A program made the position numbers and the translations under genes. This document shows, in pieces, positions 20,266-28,442 of a stretch of DNA of 28,442 bases. The first letter of the stretch is position 1, and every line of letters begins with the position of its first letter. Source of the stretch: Macrostomum lignano. Its lineage: Eukaryota. Location: positions 181,652-210,093 of the forward strand of contig NIVC01002041.1 of NCBI GenBank assembly GCA_002269645.1. Direction: 5' to 3'. Under the pieces are notes generated by a model that did no database searches, was not told where the DNA came from, and saw nothing but the letters and a program-made list of their open reading frames with translations.

Positions 20266-21002
20266 GGAGGGGGTGGGGAGACTGGGAGGGTTCGGGTGAT
20301 GGAGGGGTGGGGAGACTGGGAGGGTGCGGTGATGGAGGGGTGGGGAGACTGGGAGGGTGCGGTGATGGAGGGGTGGGGAGCCTGGGAGAGTTCGGTGATG
20401 GAGGGGTGGGGAGACTGGGAGGGTGCGGGTGATGGAGGGGTTGGAGACTGGGAGGGTGCTGTGATGGAGGGGTGGGAGACTGGGAGGGTGCTGTGATGGA
20501 GGGGTGGGAGACTGGGAGGGTTCGGTGATGGAGGGGTGGGGAGACTGGGAGGGTGCGGTGATGGAGGGGTGGGGAGCCTGGGAGAGTTCGGTGATGGAGG
20601 GGTGGGGAGACTGGGAGGGTGCGGGTGATGGAGGGGTGGGAGACTGGGAGGGTGCTGTGATGGAGGGGTGGGAGACTGGGAGGGTGCGGTGATGGAGGGG
20701 TGGGGAGCCTGGGAGAGTTCGGTGATGGAGGGGTGGGGAGACTGGGAGGGTGCGGGTGATGGAGGGGTGGGAGACTGGGAGGGTGCTGTGATGGAGGGGT
20801 GGGAGACTGGGAGGGTTCGGTGATGGAGGGGTGGGGAGACTGGGAGGGTGCGGGTAATGGAGGGGGACACTGGGAGGGTGCGTGTGATGGAGGGCTGGGG
20901 AGACTGGGAGGGTGCTGTGATGGAGGGTGGGAGACTGGGAGGGTGCTGTGATGGAGGGGTGGGAGACTGGGAGGGTGCGGGTGATGGAGCGGGTGGAGAG
21001 AC
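20266..21002. repeat. G-rich minisatellite, ~32-34 bp unit, ~22 copies, intronic
   Basis: Unit GAGACTGGGAGGGTGC(G/T)GTGATGGAGGGGTGGG; source of the long Pro/His/Ser ORFs in the track. Confidence 0.96.
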
Positions 21003-21755
21003 TTAGAGATTCGAGAGGAAGAAGACTGGGAGAAAAGATGAGAGATGAGGGGAGATGAAGAGAGACGAGAGGTGACACAAGGGGAGAAGAGAGAGTCATA
21101 TGCTGGCCGTACCTCATTCCACGAAGCTTGAGCAGGCAAACCTTGAAGAAAATTTCCTTAGAACTTCAATCCGAGCTGCCAAGCAGCTCTAGGCAACATT
21201 ATATACCTAGGGAGGGGGGGGGGGAGGCTAGAGCACCGGCCTCCAAAAAAAGATCCAGAGGGCTCCCACGAGCCTCACCTTTTGCCAGTCCATGCTGTGT
21301 CAGCCCCATTCTCTCCGACCCACCCCTCTCTGTCAATTGTTTGACTTATCCAGCTCTGAGGCCTCCAAGTTGACTCAGGCGCGCACACGCGCACACGAAC
21401 CCAGCGTCTGATTGCAATGCATATAGATTAAGGGGGGGGGGGGTTGCAGGCGTGGCTGCCAACTTTTCTGTTGTGGCTGAAATGAATTGTACGCTGTTGT
21501 GTCAGCCAGAAACCGTCTTCTATTTTATGCTTTTCTGTTGTCAAACAGAAGAAGAGCAAAAGCATTAGGAATTTTCAAAACTGAGGTCAGTTGCTAGGCA
21601 ATTAAACCTTCCTATGGTTACATATACATTTATTGCACACCTCCGAGATTTTAATTCATAAATATTATCGAGTTTAGGATACAGGGGTATGCGAAATAAA
21701 TATTTTATGTGTTCTAAATTTAAGAAACACTGAATCTAATCAAAATCCCAAATAA

Positions 21756-22206
21756 AATCTCAAATCCCACCAGATCAAATCTCAAATCCCACCAGATCGA
21801 ATCTCAAATCCCACCAGATCAAATCTCAAATCCCACCAGATCGAATCTCAAATCCCACCAGATCAAATCTCAAATCCCACCAGATCGAATCTCAAATCCC
21901 GCCAGATCGAATCTCAAATCCCACCAGATCAAATCTCAAATCCCACCAGATCGAATCTCAAATCCCACCAGATCAAATCTCAAATCCCACCAGATCGAAT
22001 CTCAAATCCCACCAGATCAAATCTCAAATCCCACCAGATCGAATCTCAAATCCCACCAGATCGAATCTCAAATCCCACCAGATCAAATCTCAAATCCCAC
22101 CAGATCGAATCTCAAATCCCACCAGATCAAATCTCAAATCCCACAGATCGAATCTCAAATCCCACCAGATCAAATCTCAAATCCCACCAGATCGAATCTC
22201 AAATCC
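21756..22206. repeat. 22-bp tandem repeat, ~20 copies
   Basis: AATCTCAAATCCCACCAGATC(A/G). Confidence 0.97.
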
Positions 22207-22354
22207 TGCAGAATCTTTCCAAAAGCGATAAAAGTTTCTTCTACGAAATAAAAACAATAAACAGCCTATTTTTCAGAAATTATCAAAATGAAAAGTCTGA
22301 ACATCGCGAAAGTATTTTCTGAGATGATGATCCGACAAGTTTAAGCTGAATCTC

Positions 22355-22870
22355 TCAGGCTTTTCTGCCCCGCACTGCGCCCCCCTGCCGCCAGTAGGCC
22401 GGCTTCGACTCTCTGCTGCTCTGTCCAGGCGGTTCCGACTTTTTCCTCGAAGCTCGAGCCGCAGCAGCAGCAGCGGCAGAGACCGTCGAGTCCTGATCCT
22501 CCCGCCGCTCCAACGGCGGTGGCTTCACGACGAAGACCTGGCAGCCACCGAGGAGAGCGGCGGCTCGCTGTTGCGCTTCTTCAACAGCTGCACCGGCGTC
22601 GCCTGTCCCGCCGGCCGACTTCTGCCTCTGTCGGCGACGTCGAAGGAGCTCCTCGTACCAGGCGCAGGACTGCGGCGGCTGCTGCTGCGGCATCAGGGTT
22701 GAGCAGCTCCGTCGAAGTGCTCGCCCGCCCGACGATGGAGAGGCGACTTCGGCAGTCGGAGGGGTCTTCTCAATGTTGACATTGTCGCTCCCCACAGGTT
22801 GTCGATGTCGCCGAGCGTCGGAACGAGTCCGGCGCACCCCGGCAGGCTGCGGCTGGCCGCTAGAAGCCAT
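22355..22870 (-). CDS. Unknown low-complexity protein, 171 aa ORF (possible first coding exon)
   Basis: GC-rich ATG-initiated frame right after acceptor-like ctttag|a; CAG/GCG-rich composition like the other host exons. No domain recognised and no clear donor site. Confidence 0.45.
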   Translation of the reverse strand: MASSGQPQPAGVRRTRSDARRHRQPVGSDNVNIEKTPPTAEVASPSSGGRALRRSCSTLMPQQQPPQSCAWYEELLRRRRQRQKSAGGTGDAGAAVEEAQQRAAALLGGCQVFVVKPPPLERREDQDSTVSAAAAAAARASRKKSEPPGQSSRESKPAYWRQGGAVRGRKA

Positions 22871-23375
22871 TCTAAAGCTGCTGCAGAAATTGCATAGGCC
22901 GTCTTCTGCTTTTTAAGCGTCCCTTTTTTTAACGCAAGTTGCTGTTATGCCGAATACCTGCCTGTCCAAGGGCTGCTGATTTGCATTTGCAGAACTGCAC
23001 GGCACAGCAGTTGCGCGGCCATTCGAACTTTGCACTGACATTAGTTCGTCCGTTTGCCGTCTCTCAGTTCGAGTTGAGCAAAAGAGCTTACTAATCAGCT
23101 AATAAATAATTGAAAATGAGCTGCGAGACTGGAGGGGCCAAAATGATTGTTTACAGCCCCTGAAAAGGTATGGATATATTAATTGACCTTTTTAAAAAGT
23201 ACATGCACTCGTCGAAGAAGTGAGGAGGCGAAATAGCCATGGTAAAATGGTTTTGCCTGCTTGATTGGACTCGCGTCATTAAATTTTGCATAAAAATGGA
23301 GGTTTTGGGGCTTCAATTGGAGTCCCGGAACCGGAAATGATCCCTTATTAAATAAACTCTTAGTCAATAGTATAA

Positions 23376-23695
23376 GAGGTTGTAGCCTAGTGGTTAGAGC
23401 GTCGGACTCGCGACTTGAAGGTCGGGGGTTCGATTCCCGATCCCACTCGAACAATTTGGGTCCTTGAACAAGACACTCAACCATGCATTGCTTCAGCTCA
23501 CCCAGCTGTAAAATGGGTGCCAGCATTAGCTGGGGTAACTGAGGGTGTGTGTGGCGACCACCCAGTCCTTGGACTGAACAGCCGTACGCAGCCTTCAGAT
23601 GCGCTGCGCAATAGCTGCAACTGAGCTGTCGGTTGCACATCTGGCCATTAGGGCAGGTGTAATCAAATATTATTAATCTACTATTATTATTATTA
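23376..23695 (+). mobile_element. tRNA-derived SINE with a CORE-like central domain
   Basis: A box TAGCCTAGTGG (23383-23393), B box GTTCGATTCC (23428-23437), CCTTGAACAAGACACTCAACC...CAGCTGTAAAATGGG resembling the CORE consensus, (TAT)n tail. No clean TSD. Confidence 0.82.
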
Positions 23696-23886
23696 GACTC
23701 TAAGTCTATTATTAGACTTATTATTGGGGGGACAAAGGTTCCCCCATAAGTCTAATAGAAAAAGGTTCCGGTTCCGGGAATGATTCTGCATCAAACAATT
23801 AAAACAATTTTTAATCATTAATGAAAACGATCCGGCCTACTATTAGTAGCCAGATGGGGTTCTGTGCCGCAGAATAAATTACGGGC

Positions 23887-24066
23887 CAGGGACTACTCAA
23901 ACACCGGGACGGGAAACTAGGAATTTTTTACGAGGCTGGTCTTTTATCAGCAGTAGAAAATAACCATAGACAACAAAGCAACACAGCATCTCTCTAATGC
24001 AAATAATTGCCAGCCAGCCTCGTAAAAAACTTTAGTCTCCCGTCCCGGTGTTTGAGGTAGTCCCTG
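23887..24066. mobile_element. hAT-type MITE, 180 bp
   Basis: ~53-bp imperfect TIR starting CAGGGACTAC / ending GTAGTCCCTG; perfect 8-bp TSD TTACGGGC (23879-23886 / 24067-24074). Confidence 0.93.
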
Positions 24067-24603
24067 TTACGGGCGGTGCCAATTATCACTACAAAGCAGC
24101 ACAACAGCACAAGCAAGTTAACGGCAAAGTACAGACAATAGTTCACTAAATAACTAATTAATTAATAAATAAATAATATATATAGTTATTATGCCTGCAA
24201 AACTCAGACCAAAGAACAACAAAATTATGAACTGTTGTTTAAGTCTGCGGAATGAAATTTGATTATGCCAATGGTTTGTAACTGCAGTAGAGGTGGTGTC
24301 ATCATGACATAAATAAATTTATAGATATATCAGCTATTATGCCACACAGGTAATTAAATAATCTTAACTAAAAATAAGGGTGCATAATGCAGAACAAAAT
24401 GCTATCAAACACGAATTTCTGTTGTTTTCCGATATCATTGCATTTTAGTAAATTTAGATGAGTTTTTAAGCAGAATGTTCGGCAAGCAGATTATTAATTG
24501 TCATGCATTTGAGACTAAACTAATAAAATATTCATTATTCTAAAACAATAGCGATAATATATTGTTGTACAACAAAAATCTCTAAAATTAATACATACAC
24601 TCC

Positions 24604-25147
24604 ATCAGATTCACTATATGATCAGATTCACGATATTATCAGATTCACTATATGATCAGATTCACAATATGTTCAGATTCACAATAGGATCAGATTCACT
24701 GTATGATCAGAGATTTACAATAGGATCAGATCCACTATATGATCAGATTCACAATAGGATCAGATTCACAATAGGATCAGATTCACAATAGGATCAGATT
24801 CACATAGGATCAGATTCACAAGGATCAGATTCACTATATGATCAGATTCACTATATGATCAGATTCAATATATGATCAGATTCACTATAGGATCAGATTC
24901 ACAATATGATCAGATTCACAATAGGATCAGATTCACATAGGATCAGATTCACAATAGGATCAGATTCACAATATGATCAGATTCACATAGGATCAGATTC
25001 ACAATAGGATCAGATTCACTATAGGATCAGATTCACTATATGATCAGATTCAGTATATGATCAGATTCACTATATGATCAGATTCACTATAGGATCAGAT
25101 TCACAATAGGATCAGATTCACTATATGATCAGATTCAGTATATGATC
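24604..25147. repeat. ~17-bp tandem repeat, ~30 copies
   Basis: GATCAGATTCAC(TATAT/AATAG) variants; the array stops exactly at the LTR. Confidence 0.97.
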
Positions 25148-25400
25148 TGTGACATAGTGACACGATAAACTTTGCTATAGGTTGTATGCACTGTAGTGTT
25201 GACTCGCTAGCAGTGGAGTTGTTATTGATCGGCTTAGAGATTGTATTTTATTCCACCCCACCCCATGCGCGCGTTTGAATCTGTCTGAACCCACCACCTC
25301 AGTGCTAAATAATAAATGTTAGCAGCCTAGCTCTCAAGCGAGCACCTTTTACTCACTCCTGCAATTCCACACTTCTGCCTCGCTTAACAAAGTTATCACA
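25148..25400 (+). repeat. 5' LTR, 253 bp
   Basis: TGTGA...TCACA terminal inverted motif, AATAAA at 25311-25316, PBS 1 nt downstream. The 3' LTR is not in the window. Confidence 0.8.
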
Positions 25401-26215
25401 ATGGCGACGAGTCTGCCCACGCTGGGCCAACTGCTACCATTACAAACATCGAGATCTTCCTAGAGCGTCTCGAGCAGTACTTCATCTGCAAGGAGGTGAA
25501 GGATGAAGCAAAAGTGGCAACTCTGATCACGTCGATCGGAGAGGAGGCTTACATCACACTGCGGAGTCTGTGCCAGCCGGTCCAAGTGGCGCAGAAGTCT
25601 TACGCTGACCTGAAGAAGCTGCTGACAACGCACTTCGCACCCAAGCCTTCGGAGCTAGCTGCGAGGTTCCGTTTCCAACAACGAACTCAGCAAGCAGGCG
25701 AGAGCTTCACGGCATTCATCGCGGGGCTCCAGGCTCTGTCAGATGACTGCAACTTCGGTGAGTCGCTAAATGAGCGGCTCCGAGACCAACTCGTGTTCGG
25801 CCTTCGAAGCAACGCCTATCGAGCCAAGCTGCTGGAAGTCGTTGAGCCGACTTTCGAATCCCTGCAAACAAAGGCTATGTCGCTGGAGTCTGCAGAGCGT
25901 TCGTCCCTGGAGATGTCACAAAGGGCATCGGAGTCTGTTGCCAATCTGCAATTTGTCAGCAAGAGAGGTAGCCGCAAGCAGGTGACACCCTCAGCGCACC
26001 ACAGAGGGCATCGGGTCAGCGGCAGCGACAACGGCGGCAGCGGCAACGGCGGCAGCGGCAACGGCAGCGGCAACGGCAGCGGCAACGGTGGCGGTGGCAG
26101 CTCATGCAAAAGCTGTGGCGGTTCCCACGAGCGTCATTCATGCAAGTTCAGGGACGCCAAGTGCCATGCATGCGGCAAGGTCGGCCATATCCGCAAGGTC
26201 TGCCAGTTCACCAAG
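25401..26215 (+). pseudogene. gag: gag, frameshifted near 25440, with two Cys/His knuckles
   Basis: IEIFLERLEQYF...ELAARFRFQQRTQQAGES...LRDQLVFGL; CKSCGGSHERHSC and CHACGKVGHIRKVC; a GSGN repeat tract precedes the knuckles. Confidence 0.9.
25402..25411 (+). promoter_or_regulatory. Primer binding site, probably tRNA-Ser(GCU)
   Basis: TGGCGACGAG is complementary to ...CUCGUCGCCA, the recalled 3' end of animal tRNA-Ser(GCU). Confidence 0.75.
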
Positions 26216-27976
26216 CAGCCAAGCTACACATGCTACAAGAGGAGCGGATGGCACCTACTGTCGAAGGCGCGTGTGACACCCAGGTGCCCATCTTCGCAGT
26301 CCGACCAACAGGCAGAAACGCTGGACCGACAGTCATGCTGCTCGTCAACGGCCAGGAATGCCAGTTTGTCATCGACACCGGCTCTGCAGTCACGCTGATG
26401 CCGCAGCAGCTGCAGCAAAAGTTACTCCCTCAGCTACAACTGGCTCCATCGGCTGCAGTGCTGCGAACCTTCACCAATGAACGCTTTCATCCGCGAGGCC
26501 AAGCCACAGTCTGCGTCCAGCACAACACCCAGCAGCTACAGCTACCGCTGCTTGTAGTCGACAAAGGAGACACGGCACTGCTGGGACGAGACTGGCTGGC
26601 TCACCTTCGGCTGGACTGGCCGACAATTATGGCCCAGGTGCACGCCGTGTCGACCGATAGCGACATCAGCGACCTGCATGAGAGATTTGCTGCGGTGTTC
26701 GAGGACCGACTTGGCGAATATCGACACGGTAAAGTGCGGCTCAACGTCGTCGACGGTGCCCAACCTCGGTTCTTTAAAGCCCGCCCGGTTCCGTATGCAC
26801 TACGAGAGCGCGTGGACGAGGAGCTGCAGAGACTGGAGGCCAACGGCATCATTTCGGCGGTTAAGCACAGCGATTGGGCCTCTCCGATCGTTCCGGTGGT
26901 CAAGAAGGATGGCGGCGTCAGGATTTGCGGTGATTATACGCAAACTTTCAACCCGGCGTGCCTGACCGAGCAATACCCTCTGCCTAAGATCGAGGACCTG
27001 TTTGCCAAGCTGGGAGGCGGCTGCAAGTGGACAAAACTCGATCTGTCCAATGCCTTCCTGCAGCTTCCGCTCGCCGAAGACAGCAAAGCCTTCGTCACGA
27101 TCAACACGCCGAAGGGACTCTACCAGCTCAATCGCATGCCTTTTGGGATCAAGTGCGCCACTGCGATCTTCCAACGGACGCTGGACACTCTGCTAGGAGA
27201 TCTCGACTCTGTCCAGGTGTTTGTCGATGACATCCTGGTCACCGGCAAGACGATGCACCAATATAAGAAAAACCTGGAAGAAGTTCTGCAGCGCCTTCTT
27301 GATTCGGGACTCAGGCTGAACAAGCAAAAGAGCCAGTTCTTCATGGACTCAGTCGAGTATCTGGGTTATCGCATTGACGCATGTGGACTCAGCCCGCTGA
27401 CGGACAGGGTGGCCGCAATTCAAGACGCCCAGCGCCGAAGGATATCAGCCAGCTGCGCTCGTTCCTCGCATGCTGACTCAGTACGGCCGGTTCCTGCCTA
27501 ACCTGTCCACCGTTGTGGCGCCGCTCAATCAGCTGCTGGCCAAGGACGTTCGTTGGACGTGGGACAAGCCGCAGCAAACCGCCTTCAGCGAAGCTAAGCG
27601 TCTGCTGCTCCATTCACCTGTGCTGGTGCATTACAATCCGGATCTGCCGCTGCGGCTCGAGTGTGACGCTTCACCATACGGAGTGGGTGTGGTGTTGTCC
27701 CATCGCATCGACAACAAAGACTGCGCAGTGGCATTCGCTAGCCGCACCCTGAACGCAGCTCAGCGGGGCTACTCGCAGCTCGACAAGGAGGCGCTGGCCA
27801 TAATGTTCGGGCTGCACCGCTTCCATCAATTCCTCTACGGCCGGAGATTCACGATAGTCACTGATCACCTGCCGCTACTCGGGCTACTGGGCGAGCGGAA
27901 AGGCATCCCGGCACACGCTGCAGCCCGCATGCAGCGGTGGGCGATCCGGCTGGCGAGCTATGACTATGCGCTCGAG
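26216..27976 (+). pseudogene. pol: pol: aspartic protease, reverse transcriptase, RNase H; frameshifts near 26215 and 27430-27470
   Basis: IDTGSA; WASPIVPVVKKDGGVRICGDY; KLDLSNAFLQL; RMPFGI; VFVDDILV; ECDASPYGVG; DKEALAI; VTDHLPL. Confidence 0.95.
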
Positions 27977-28442
27977 TCAGTTCCAACGGCATCCGGCACA
28001 TCTTCTCGGCGCCATTCCACTCGGTGACCAACGGCCAGGCCGAGCGCTTCGTCCAGGTACTGAAGCGGCATCTGAGTAAGTGCGGTCACTCAGACGCGCA
28101 ACTTCAACGACTGCTGATGGCCTATCGCAACACTCCGCACAGCGTCAGTGGCACCGCGCCGAGTCAGCTGCTCATTGGCCGCCGGCTGCGCAGCCGGCTG
28201 GACCTCCTGACACCATCGTTGACTTCGGCCATGCAACAGCGACAGCAGCATCAGCTTCAGCAGCAGCGGCCAGCGCGCCAGTTCCAGCCTGGAGATCGTG
28301 TGCTCTACCGCGATTTCAGCACTGCTGCTCGTGCAGGAGAAAGCAGCCGCTGGGCCGAAGGTGTCATTGTCAATGCCGGCACTCGCAACTGCACAGTCGA
28401 TTCTGGGCGCGGCGTACAAGCGCGACACGCTGACCAGCTGCT
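27977..28442 (+). pseudogene. C-terminal half of integrase only
   Basis: Frame not in the ORF track: SSNGIRHIFSAPFHSVTNGQAERFVQVLK...YRNTPHSVSGTAPSQLLIGRRLRSRLDLL...FQPGDRV...RHADQL. Confidence 0.92.

Larger units (their letters stand above)
25148..28442 (+). mobile_element. Ty3/Gypsy LTR retrotransposon (Mag-like), defective, continues past the window end
   Basis: LTR, PBS, gag, then PR-RT-RNase H-IN order. Confidence 0.97.

Noticed and set aside
19849-21139. 308-422 aa Pro/His/Ser-rich ORFs
   Set aside because: Produced by a stop-free G-rich minisatellite; all three frames are open. Only 19867-20253 looks like a real exon.
24604-25147. CRISPR-like regular repeats (also 21756-22206)
   Set aside because: Contiguous tandem units without unique spacers, eukaryotic context, no cas genes.
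25770-28433. Numerous short alternative-frame and antisense ORFs over the Gypsy element
   Set aside because: Shadow frames of GC-rich gag-pol; no independent motifs.

Overview
Eukaryotic (animal, probably invertebrate) genomic DNA made mostly of nested transposons, minisatellites and scattered exons; no prokaryotic genes, CRISPR, rRNA or true tRNA genes. The base style recalls the flatworm Macrostomum, but this is unverified. Left to right: (1) a probable HAUS6/augmin exon (minus strand); (2) a ~5.6 kb strongly CpG-depleted block hiding a transition-decayed Ulp1(SUMO protease)-PHD gene and a Merlin/IS1595-like relic; (3) a 1.77 kb foldback-type DNA element with long repeat-containing TIRs and a perfect 8-bp TSD that carries two spliceable exons of a CpG-rich relative of the same Ulp1-PHD gene; (4) three near-identical 1.84 kb non-autonomous Helitrons, two joined exactly head-to-tail and one inverted; (5) two diverged minimal hammerhead-ribozyme motifs (Penelope type) bracketing the Helitron dimer; (6) two tRNA-derived SINE families and two hAT-type MITEs; (7) orphan minus-strand exons; (8) four minisatellites; (9) a Mag-like Ty3/Gypsy element with 5' LTR, frameshifts and an integrase deletion that runs off the window end. 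Most ORF-track entries are shadow or low-complexity frames. All alignments and counts were done by eye and are approximate.
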